DNA of 63,098 nucleotides, the filler included, from Sphacelaria rigidula (lineage: Eukaryota), in assembly GCA_964200075.2 (NCBI GenBank). It is 4 parts of 4 records of this genome, joined end to end, with 100 filler letters (N's around TTAATTAATTAA, not from the genome) between each part and the next. Parts side by side here need not be neighbours in the genome. Positions count along the whole stretch, not along the records: positions 47,401 to 63,098 come from CAXNAA020001639.1; 3 more parts are not named here. One strand, written 5' to 3'. This document shows, in pieces, positions 49,688-60,535 of this stretch (the stretch's first letter is position 1; each line of letters begins with the position of its first letter). Under the pieces are notes generated by a model. That model saw only the letters and a list, made by a program, of their open reading frames with translations. It ran no database searches and was not told the origin of the DNA. Made by a program: the position numbers and the translations under genes.

Positions 49688-52510
49688 CTCATATTTCTGA
49701 ATGCCTCAGTCGTAACACCACTGACTGCGCCCCCCACGAAACCGGGACGGAACACGCCGGGTTTTCGCTGGCAGGCTCGCAATCACCAACCGCGAAGCGC
49801 CGTGATTTATTCCACGAGTCGCATGAAGAGTTAGCCGTTTTCTACAAATATTGTTCCGCCCGTAGTGCAGTAAGAACCTTGAATATCAAAAAGCATGGAA
49901 AACACAGCGTTTCCGGAAGCAAATACGGAGTACTTCTTTTCAAGGCCGCTGCGTCGCTGGCGCAACGTTTTTAGACATCAACCTCTCGTTGCACGTACCG
50001 CGTTCCTCTATTGCGTGTCGGAGTTGTTGCCCCCTCAGTGTGCTGTCCTGGTCGCACGGAATGCGCCGACGATCTCGAGACACTGCTCCTATTTTCGTTG
50101 CATGCAACGAAGAACCCCCCGTAGGAAGAGTCTGGGCCGGACCAATGCACCTGCAGATGCCGTCTCCCGCCACCGTGCATTTGCTGAACCTTTTCCCGCC
50201 GGTACCGATGCATGAACCGTGTTCCTATGGTGTTTCTCGTGTCATACCACATGGTGCCATATAGACCGACTGTGCCTCGACACGATAGTAGCAGGTGTTG
50301 CCGCCGTAATCCTGTAAATTTCAACCCACCGTTTAGTTTCTGTTTCTATTCTGACCTCGGCCACTGCGGTATGTCCTTCAACATTCTGGAGAAAACCATA
50401 AATCTTCGACGAAAGGGCGTAGGCGTTGTAGCGCTGGAACATTGCTGGAACTCCCACGGAGGCCGTGGAGTGATGCTAATAGCACAAAACGTTTCCGGTC
50501 CGGAGGTTCGGGTGTTGCCACAGCTGATTTGATCGAAACATACTCGAGATGGGTCAAGCCTAATGACTGATCGCAGCTGTCACAGCTACATCTCATCGAC
50601 ATACCCGGATTGGGCCGTTATACGCATATGGTATGAATTGTTTGATTGAAGGGAAGATACCCATGTACTTAAAGAGCCTGGGCCGGGTTTTCGTCGTTGA
50701 TTAAAAACTATGTCGGTTAATCCGTAATCCGTAATCCGTATTGTTACAGGCTTCATACCAAAGTCTACACGAAGCCCCAAACGATACGTCGAACGGATGG
50801 TGATGATGTTTCATGCGGGCGTTCCCTGGAGCACGGGCGAGCGATAGGTACTCTCACTTCCACGCGAAAACACCTGCAGGCCTAACCGAATTTTATTTTC
50901 GAGCCTTGTCTTCGTTCAGAGTCTATTGTCGAAACCTCGGAGTCAAGCGAATGTGAAAATCGAGCTAATCTCTCGGTGTGTTGATGCAAAGTTTCCAGAG
51001 ACGTGTGATGGCGATATTCCTTGTTTGTGAGTCAAAACCCGTGTAAATAGTCCAAAACAATACGACCCCAGACGAACGCGAACCGTGAGAAATGGGTCTG
51101 CTCAGTTTCTCAGTCCAAGCTATCAAATTGATCTTCGAAATATAGTACGGAGACTCACAAAGGCATGTCGAAAACAAAACGAACCGAAAATGGCCTTTAC
51201 TTTCATGGTGAGTCAAGGACGTCCTCGTGAAAGCGTGATCCATACTACACTCAAGCGGTTCTCATTTACTCAGAAAAAAAATCTCCCTGTCCCCCTATTT
51301 GGCTATTATTATGCCGTAGCGATTCTTCACACAGACGTTTGAGGCACAAGTACCAAAACGGGGTTGGTAAATAGCCTTCCAAATTCCGTGCCATTTTACG
51401 AGCGACCTGGGCTGTGAATCTGGCATTCTCACCTAATTTCGATACATGAGCTTTCAAATTTCCTATGTAACCCCAAGTGCATACACACACCGTACTTGTA
51501 TGACGTTAAGTTTGATTTGATGATTCAGAGCCGTTTAATTAATGACTAATTTGTTTTTCCACAACTTATCGAGAAACACAAATTTCTTGTCCCCAAATGT
51601 GTATTCCTGCCATGCCCAAGCAGTGCCCCATACCACATTTGAGGATTTCAAGTCTCAAAATTGAGGTGATGGTCGATCTTCCACCTACGAACCCGCTTCC
51701 AGGTTGGCCCAGTTCATCGCACGTCCTTGCTGTTGTGATTCGGATGTCGACCTCTACAGACCCCTTGTTCTGTACCGTCGTTGTTTTGACGGAGTTGGCA
51801 TCACAGATGAGCAACTGCGTCTGCGTAGAGGCTTACAGGGCCACCGTGATAATGCTTGCGGCGCATTAGGTACATGCTCGCTTTTGAGTACATTTGTGCC
51901 CCGTCGAATAGTTCAACATCTCCGTCACCCTTCTCCCAAGCCCTGATACGGCACATGCATTTTTTCTGGCGCTGTTGAACAACAACGCTGCCGCCCCTAC
52001 CCTACACTCGCGTCGAACGTGTACCCGAGTAGACTGCTCATATGATGCTGCATAGTGATAGCTCACTTTGTCGATCATGGTTTCTGACTTTTCATTGTGC
52101 ACAAGAGTTTATAGCTGACTCGTCCTGTGTGACCTGTAACCCTTAGGTTTGTCACTTGGAAGTATATCAGTCTGTCATTCCTCTTTGATACGGTATCCTT
52201 TTAGCATCAGCATTGTGCTTTACATGCACCCTATAAGATTATTGTCCTTGATTGTACTATACTAGTGTTTGATCCGCTTCCGATCCCAACTGCAATAGCG
52301 TGGAGGATGCCCCATTCGCTGAAATCACTTTTGGAGTTGGCGTCAGCTTACATGAAGCGTCGTATGAGTTGAATTCGGCCAGGCCCTTTTTCCTCCGAGT
52401 ATGTGCAGCAATAACGCGAAGTCATTTGTACTGACAACGTTTTAACTCGCTTCGGCCCACGGCTCACGGAGTGTTTCCCGCCGTCGTGGTATTTGTGCTA
52501 CCGTAAGCAG

Positions 52511-55500
52511 TAGGATTCCGAAGGAGCGGCACGGAGGAGCTGACGGCCGACATTGCCAGACGAAGGTACATCAACGAGGGCTGCTCCAAGCTATCCCCGG
52601 GTGGTTTACCGGGCTACAAGGCTGAGTTCTGCTCGAAGATTGCTGGGGCAGGAGTGGTAGATGTGACGAAACGTGTGTGTGGTGACGGAGGCTGCTCGAT
52701 GTGGAAGCCGTCCTATGAAATAGCGGGAAGCAAGGAAGCAGAGTTCTGCTCCAAGTACGCTAGGGCGGGGATGATTGATTTGGTGAGCAAGAAGTGTGGC
52801 TACGAGGGTTGCATCACGCAGCCGTCGTATGGAATAGCGGGAAGCAAGACAGCAGAGTTCTGTTCCGAGCATGCCAGAGTGAGAATGTCAAATGTGGTGC
52901 AGAAGAACTGCGGCTACGAGGGCTGCTCCACGCAGCTGTCAGACGGTGTGGCGGGAAGCACAAAGGCGGAGTTTTGCATTAAGCATGCCAGAGCGGGAAT
53001 GGTGAATGTGAAGAACAAGAAGTGCGGCTACGAGAACTGCTCCGCGTGGCCATCGTATGGTGTAGCTGGAAGCAAGAAGGTGGAGTTCTGTTTCAAGCAT
53101 GCCGGGGCAAAAATGGTGAATGTGGTGAGTCAGAGGTGCGGCCACGAGGACTGCCCCGCGCGGCCGTCGTATGGTGTAGCTGGAAGCGAGAAGGCGGAGT
53201 TCTGTTTCAAGCATGCCAGGGCAGAAATGGTGAGAGTGATGCACAAGAAGAAGTGCAGCGATGAGGGCTGCTCCACGCGTCCGTCGTTTGGTGTAGCAGG
53301 AAGCCGGAAAGCAGAGTTTTGCTGCAAGCATGCCAGGGCGAGAATGGTGAATGTGAAGAATAAGACGTGCAGCTACGAAGGCTGTTCAACGCAGCCGTCG
53401 TATGGTGTGGCGGGAAGCAAAGAGGCGGCGTTTTGCTCCAAGCATGCCAGGGCGGGAATGGTGAGTGTGGTGAAAAGAGCGTGTCTCTACGAGGGCTGCT
53501 CCACGCGTCCGTCGTTCGGTGTGGCGGGGAGTAAGAAGGCGGAGTTCTGCTCCAAGCATGCGAGGGCGGGAATGTTGGATGTGGTGAACAAGAAGTGCAG
53601 CGAAGAGGGCTGCTTCACGCAGCCAAATTATGGTATAGCGGGAAGCAAGAAAGGGGAGTTTTGTTCAAAGCATGCCAGGACGGGAATGGTAAATGTGGTG
53701 CACAAGACGTGCGGCTACGATGTCTGTTCCACGGTGCCGTTGTATGGTGTGGTGGGAAGCAAGAGGGCAGAGTTTTGTTCCAAGCATGCCAGGGCGGGAA
53801 TGGTAAATGTGGTGCACAAGACGTGCGGCTACGATTTCTGTTCCACGGTGCCGTTGTATGGTGTGGTGGGAAGCAAGAGGGCAGAGTTTTGTTCCAAGCA
53901 TGCCAGGGCGGGAATGGTGAATGTGGTGCATAACATGTGCGGCCTCAAGGACTGCTTCACGCGGCCCTCGTACGGTGTAGCGGGAAGCAAAAAGGCGGAG
54001 TTCTGTTCCAAGCATGCCAAGGTGGGAATGGTGAATGTGAGGACCAAGAAATGCGGCTACCAGGGCTGTCTTGCGGTAGTGTCGTACCGTGTGGCGGGAA
54101 GCGAGAAAGCGGAGTTCTGCTCCAAGCATGCGTTGGCGGGAATTGTGGGTGTGGAGAAAAAGACGTGCAGCGAAGAGGGCTGTCCCGCGCCGCCGTTGTA
54201 TGGTGTGGCGGGAAGCAACAAGGCGGAGTTCTGTTCCAAGCATGCCAAGGTGGGAATGGTGAATGTGAAGAACAAGACGTGCGGCTACGAGGGCTGCTCC
54301 ACGCAGCCGTCGTATGGTGTGGCGGGAAGCAACAAGGCGGAGTTCTGTTCCAAGCATGCCAGGGCGGGAATGGTGGATGTGAAGAACAACATGTGCGGCT
54401 ACGAGGGCTGCTCCACGCATCCGTCGTATGGTGTGGCGGGAAGCAAGAAGTCGGAGTTCTGTTCCAAGCATGCCATGGCGGGAATGGTGGATGTGAAGAA
54501 CAACATGTGCGGCTACGAGGGCTGCTCCACGCGACCGTCGTATGGTGTGGCGGGAAGCAAGAAGTCGGAGTTCTGCTCCAAGCATGCCAGGGTAGGAATG
54601 GTGATTGTGAAAAAAACGAAGTGCGGCTACGAGGGCTGCTCCACGCGACCGTCGTATGGTGTGGCGGGAAGCAAGAAGGCGGAGTTCTGTTCCAAGCATG
54701 CCAAGGTGGGAATGGTGAATGTAGTAAACAAGAAATGCGGCTACGAGGGCTGTCTTGCGGTAGTGTCGTACCGTGTGGCGGGAAGCGAGAAGGCGGAGTT
54801 CTGTTCCAAGCATGCCAAGGCGGGAATGGTGAACGTGGTGAAGAAGAGGTGCAGCGAAGAGGGCTGCTCCACGCAGCCATGGTATGGTGAGGCGGGAAGC
54901 AAGAAGTCGGAGTTCTGCTCCAAGTATGCCAGGGCGGGACTGGTAAATGTGAAGAACAAGAAATGCGGCTGCAAGGGCTGCTCCACGCAGCCGTGGTATG
55001 GTGGGGTGGGAAGCAAGAAGGCGGAGTTCTGTTCCATGCATGTCAAGGCGGGAATGGTGAACGTGGTGAAGAAGAGGTGCAGCTATGACGGCTGCTCCAC
55101 GCTAGCGTCAGGTGGTGTGGCGGAAAGCCAGACGTCGGAGTTCTGCTCTGAGCACGCGAGGGTCGGAATGGTGAACGTGGTGGACAAGATGTGCAGCGAC
55201 GAGGGCTGCTTCACGCTCCCGTGGTGTAGTGTATCGGGAAGCAAGAAGGCGGGGTTCTGTTCCAAGCATGCCAAGGCGAGAATGGTGAATATGGTGAACA
55301 AGATGTGCAGCTACGGGGGCTATCCCACGCGGCCGCCGTATTTTGTGCCGGGAAGCCAGAAATCAGAGTTTTGTTCCAACCATGCCAAGGCTGGAATAGC
55401 ATTTGTGATGAATAAAAAGTGCCGCAAGAATGGGTGCTCCAAATCACCCCTCGACAAGGAAGACAACTTTGATAAGGAAACGCTTTGCCGACAGCATGCT

Positions 55501-56094
55501 AGTGCACACAACACCGCTGCGGTGTTCGCCACCACTGAGCTCCACACTGGTAAAGGCAACCCCGACGGCAGAGCAACCGAGGGTAATGAAAGAAGCGTTG
55601 CTGATGTAGGAGGAGTAAAGCGCAAGCGCGCAGCTATGTTGAGTCCTGTCGGAAACGACGGCGTAGATGCTCGCCGTTGTATGAGCGGTGGTTCCAGGGA
55701 GGGGGGGAGGACGCCGTCGCTCTCGGGACATACACTTTTGTTCCCAGGACATCCACCTTCGAGGGCTGATGATGAAGAGTCTCTACAGACAGGAGCAACA
55801 GCAAGAATGAAGGTGGAGCTGGCAGTCGCTTCTCCCACATACGGTAGCGATGACATGAGGGAGTGTCGGGAACAGGCTCCCCCTTCAAGTGGTTGGAGTA
55901 GCGAACGTGGTCGTAGTGAAGTCATCAGCAATGGTGGTGGCGGTACGGGGCGGCTCTATGGTTCCCCGGTAGTCGAACCCGAATGCTTGGACACATCTGA
56001 CGATGTAGCGTTTGATATGGTAAAGGAGGATTCGAACGTGAAGTTGGAGCTAGGAGTATCCAGTCAATCTCTTCGGACGTCCGATGCATGGTAG
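52511..56094 (+). CDS. EsV-1-7-type cysteine-rich tandem repeat protein (about 25 x 38-aa C-X4-C-X16-C-X2-H repeats); large terminal exon
   Basis: The 1146-aa ORF 52654-56094 has 24 canonical units (consensus MVNVKNKKCGYEGCSTQPSYGVAGSKKAEFCSKHARAG) and one degenerate unit. The spacing matches the EsV-1-7 motif known from Ectocarpus virus EsV-1 and the brown algal IMM family. The frame stays open back to TAA 52504-52506, followed by a CAG/TAG acceptor at 52508-52513, so an upstream exon is likely. Confidence 0.9.
52654..55500 (+). repeat. Coding minisatellite, 114-bp unit, about 25 copies
   Basis: GGCGGAGTTCTGTTCCAAGCATGCCAGGGCGGGAATGGTGAATGTG recurs every 114 bp (117 bp in two units). Confidence 0.95.
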
Positions 56095-56384
56095 ATAGCA
56101 CCACTCCTTGTACCGCTCTCGTTACTCGGATGGGCCAGTTGGTTAGTCTGCCGGTGTGTGCTCACGTATGTTGTCAGCGATCTGAAACGAGCGTTGGTCG
56201 CCACAGTGTCTTCCCTTCCACATGCGAAGCAGTTCTTGATTTCGACGGGGTCCTCATGTAACAGGGTTTACCCTGTTGGAGAGTGTAACGTTTGATCAAG
56301 ACTCGGAACCCAAGTAGCAGGGATTCCTAATCAGTTCATTGGCTGATGCTTGTTGAAACTTTTTCACCGATACAGGCAAGGATA

Positions 56385-57901
56385 GGCTCGAATGAATCTT
56401 TTCCCGCTCATTTGCCGTTCACGGACGCCACAATGACCACGCCCCTTTCTCCCCGAAAATAGTCCCCGAATCTTTTCTCATCGACACAACAACTGAACGC
56501 ACAACTTATAGCGCGTTGGTCTATTATGATCCGTCGGGGTGTGTCTCACCGTACTGTTGCGATTTCGGGGCTTGTGTCAGGGTCAAGCCAGGTTCTTCCG
56601 CCACCAACGGGCGGTTGTCGCATCATCGATGGTTGGTCCAAGCAACGGATACAGTACTGACCCGTCACGAATCATACAGAAATAGGGACAACGCAGTAAT
56701 GGCATAAAATCAGCGTGCGTCTTGAAATTGACGTAGCACGGGGATCCGACAAGGTCTAATCACACGAAAAACCAAACTCTAAAGTATTTCTGCCTTTGTT
56801 TGCGGCTTTCAGCCATTCGCACATCTTCTGCGGGCAAAATCCGAACTTCTCGCTGGCCGTTGGTGATTGCTACGCACGGTCCCGATAGATGTGATGGGTG
56901 TGTTGACCGGCGTTGGGCTACACACGTTCATGGTTGACACATTACTTGATTTGAGAGTTTGCAACGAGAATCGGATCTTGAGTAGGGCTGACAGCCCAAT
57001 GTGCTCCTCACGTGCGTAAGACGCGCTTTCATTGAAATCGGCGCCACAGGCGCCAATTTGGGTCTACCAAGGACGCACTTTGCCAAGCGAATGCTATATA
57101 CCGCGCTTGCCCGAGGGTTCTCGGTATGGGTTTGGATAGGGTTGGGGGTAGCGATACTCGTAAAATTATGTCAACCATGGACATTTGTAGCGTTTAGTGT
57201 CTGCGAGTAAAGCTCCCGTGGCCCAATGGATAAGGCGCTTCCCTCATTTGGAGAAGATTGGGGGTTCAAGGCCCGCCGAGGGTAATACGCGTATCCACTG
57301 CTCAGAGCAACTCTTTTTTTGTTTTTCTTGGGTACGTATATCATGAGACCGCGGCTGGAACCCTGGAGGTCAGTTAAAGTGCGACAATGAATCAAGTCAT
57401 CGATCAATCAAACGCCGGTTAACCCGTACACAGCGACGCGGGTATTTGATCTAGATCACACATACTTTTCCCAGTGAAATTGATGCCAATTCAGCAGGCG
57501 CCCTACCCTCGCGGTCTGAAGGTTCACTCGCCTCGTTCCGCGAGTGTTTTTGTAGGGCACACATTACTCTGTACTGTAGCGCTGAACGCTACTACTGCTG
57601 CTCTGTCCTCATTTCTGTATGATGCGTGACGGCCAGTACTTTATCCGTCGCTTGGACCAACCATCGATGATGCGACAACCGCCCGTTTGTGGCGGAAGAA
57701 CCTAGCTTGACCCTGACCCCAGCACCGAGATCGAAACAGTGCAGGGTTTGACAACCCACCGGATCACAAAAGACGAACGCGCTGTGAGTTAGTTGTGAGT
57801 CCAGTTACTGTGCCGATGCAGAGACTCGGGAACAATTCCCAGGGGGGGAGGGGCGTGGTCGTTGTGGCGTCAGTGAACGGCAAATAAGCGGGAAAAGAGC
57901 C
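56385..57901. mobile_element. Non-autonomous element with TIRs of about 310 bp
   Basis: 56397-56700 is the reverse complement of 57590-57898 (e.g. ACGGGCGGTTGTCGCATCATCGATGGTTGGTCCAAGC / GCTTGGACCAACCATCGATGATGCGACAACCGCCCGT). No clear TSD. Confidence 0.8.
57326..57412 (+). mobile_element. Truncated LINE 3' end nested in a TIR element
   Basis: CTTGGGTACGTATATCATGAGACCGCGGCTGGAACCCTGGAGGTCAGTT...CAATCAA. Confidence 0.72.
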
Positions 57902-58849
57902 GAATGTGTGGGCGCCATGGTTGGAGTTGGCGCGTAGACTCCCTTTCGCACCATGTGCCGCATCAGGTACAATGTAGAAAGCGATGGCCTAGCACAGGTA
58001 CGTTCCCAGCCGATCGGTGGCCAAGATAAGGTACGATTGAAAAATAATTTCTCGGTCAGTTATACCTCGCCGAAATTTGGCATAGAAAGGGTGAGTGCTT
58101 TCTGGAGGTGAGACGTCCGTTTTCGCGTGGCGATATCTTGCGAGTAACATATATATCTTTCCGTTTTTGTTTTCGAGGCCCGGGTGCCAAGACCCCCCCC
58201 GAGTGATGTGTGTAAAAGGTTCGAACGAAAACGATCAAACCAACAACGTGATTAGCTGTTTACGCGCTTCAGGCAATTTCTCGTACCTTCCTTGGGCAAA
58301 AAGGAGAAGGTATACCTTTTCTAGGCCATTGCCCTTAATATCACGAGTAAAAACACTTTCTTTCGTTTGCTTGATTCGTTATTGATGCTGTTTCACTGAC
58401 CCCCAGTGTACGTTTCCGAGACAAAACAAAACCGAGAGCATACTAAACGCGAATCTGCACTTCGTGTCTCAGCTTGAAGAGCTGTGCCTGACGTCTGGCA
58501 TGGAGTATCGCAAGGGCAAGCAGACAAAGTTCAGAACGTTTGAATTTGTTTAATGAGTTCAGGGTGTTTTTGCGCAAAATATACATTTTCCTCAGCCCTT
58601 AACTCAGATTCTCGGCTTACCTTTTGGAGTTGTGAGTTGAAATTCAGCATGGAAAATCGTGAAGGCATGTATTTGTGTGTGTTGTCATCCCATCTATTCT
58701 GGACGTCAGCCTAGACCTTTCGGTATACAAATGTGGGTACATCAGCCGGGATCACACAGGAGTTATATATATACAAGGTTCCCCTTCGGGAGGTTGGTAC
58801 TGGCCTCCCGGGGGTGACGCAAGTCGAAAGTATAAGATATACTTTCTAC

Positions 58850-58955
58850 GAGTATGCCTTTTCAGTGCGCTGCAAAAAAAAGCGTGGGAAAAAATACCTT
58901 GCTGGCAGAGAAAACTCGGCAAAAGTGGTGAACGTGTGAAATGATACATGTACAT
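58850..58955 (+). repeat. Direct repeat of about 105 bp, second copy at about 61855-61958
   Basis: CTGCAAAA..AAAGCG..ATACCTTGC..GAAACTCGGCAAAAGTGGTGAA..ATACATGTACAT occurs in both. Confidence 0.75.
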
Positions 58956-59203
58956 AATACACATGGGTTGAATGAAGGGAGAAAAAGCGCGCGAGTCATC
59001 GCTTCGTCCGCTTCAATCGAGCAAGTATATATTGCCCTCCGCCAAAAATAAACAGACGCGGACAAACACAACTGATGAGGGAGCCTCCGATTACATAAAA
59101 CGATGTTTTTCGTGAGATTGAGAGTAGAGGATACGGTTGAGAAGGAAAAGCGGTCAATTAGTGATTTAATCGTTTCAGTTCCGAAATATCCCTCCACGAC
59201 GCC

Positions 59204-60535
59204 AGTGTTGCAGGTTAAGGGCAACGCCCGGTTAAGGGCAACTTTCCGCTGAAGGGCAAGCGGTCCGGATTAAGGGCAAGCGCCCCTGACTATGGGGAAG
59301 CGCCCGTGGTTAGGGGGAAACGCTCTCGGGTAGGGGGAAGCGCCCCTGGGTAGGGGGAAGCGCTCCTGGGTTGGGGGAAGACCACCTGGATAGGGGGAAG
59401 TGCACCTGGATAGGGGGAAGCGCATCCGAGTGAGGGGAAGCGCACCTGGGTAGGGGAGAGCGCACCTGAATACGGACAAGCGCCCCTCCCTACGGGCAAG
59501 CGCACCTGGGTATGGGCAGGCGCCCCTGGTTATTGGCATCTGCCCCTGGCGATGGAGGAGCGATACACGTATTGTCAACATATTCCCGAATCAGCCGAAG
59601 AATGACAAACCGTCAAGCGCGTGCTAAAAACCCACGATACGGGTGTCTCTGGCTCGTGGACTCGCGATACAGGTGTCTCGTGGGCACACGATACAGGTGT
59701 CTCTGACTGGTGGGCACGCGATACAGGTGTCACTGGCTCCTGGACACGATACAGGTGTCTCTGGCTTCTGGGCACGCGATACAGGTGCCAACGCGTTGCC
59801 ATTACCACGATACAAATGCCACTGGCTTGTGGGCACGCAATACAGGTGTCCACGCGTCATCCATAAGATGATACGGGTGTCACTATCTTATCGGCACACG
59901 ATACAGGTGTCTCTGACATGTGGGCGTTGCCCATAACACGATACGGGTGTCTCTGGCTTGTGGGCACGCGATACAGGTGTCTCTGGCTTCACGGGTGGCC
60001 ACCGGGGTGCCTGAAACCTCACATGTGAACGTTACAGACGTTGCACAAGGTCTGTAACGTTCAAATTTGAGGTAGCAGGCACCCCAGTGGCCACCCTTGT
60101 TGTGGGCGTTGCCCACAAAACGGTAAGGGTGGCTCTGGCTTGTGGGCACGCGATACAGGTGTCTCCGGCTTGTAGTCACGCGACACAGGTGTCTCTTGCT
60201 GGCGGTCACGCGATACAGGTGTCTCTGACTGGTGGGCACGCGATACAGGTGTCACTGGCTAGTGGACACAATACAGGTGTCCCTGGCTATCCAGGTGCGC
60301 TTCCCCCTACCCAGGTGCGCTTCCTATTACCCAGGTGCGCTCCCCCGTACCCAGGTGCGCTTCCTCGTACCCAGGGGTGCTTCCCCATAGTCAGGGGCGC
60401 TTGCCCCTAATCCAGACCGCTTTCCCCTAACCACGGGCGCTTCCCCAAAGTCAGGGGCGCTTGACCTTAATCCGGACCGCTTGCCCTTAAGCGAGAAGTT
60501 GCCCTTAACCGGGCGTTGCCCTTAACCTGCAACAG
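59204..60535. mobile_element. Foldback-type element: TIRs built from 20-bp tandem units around an internal 30-bp minisatellite
   Basis: TGTTGCAGGTTAAGGGCAACGCCCGGTTAAGGGCAACTT at 59206 is mirrored exactly by AAGTTGCCCTTAACCGGGCGTTGCCCTTAACCTGCAACA ending at 60534. 20-bp GGGTAGGGGGAAGCGCACCT-like units lie at 59215-59530 and inverted at 60288-60530. 30-bp CACGCGATACAGGTGTCTCTGGCTTGTGGG units lie at 59632-59990 and 60120-60287. Confidence 0.85.

Noticed and set aside
50094-50111. Perfect 18-bp palindrome TTCGTTGCATGCAACGAA and a weak HMG-like phrase (FFVACNENR)
   Set aside because: Isolated, with no supporting exon structure or second copy.
52606-55447. Long alternative-frame and antisense ORFs (e.g. 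53665-55041 -, 53937-54890 +, 53957-54880 -)
   Set aside because: These are shadows of the 114-bp coding repeat, which happens to lack stops in other frames.
59632-60287. CRISPR-like array (recurring CGATACAGGTGTC)
   Set aside because: The period is about 30 bp, the intervening sequences resemble each other rather than being unique spacers, no cas genes are present, and the context is eukaryotic. It is a minisatellite.
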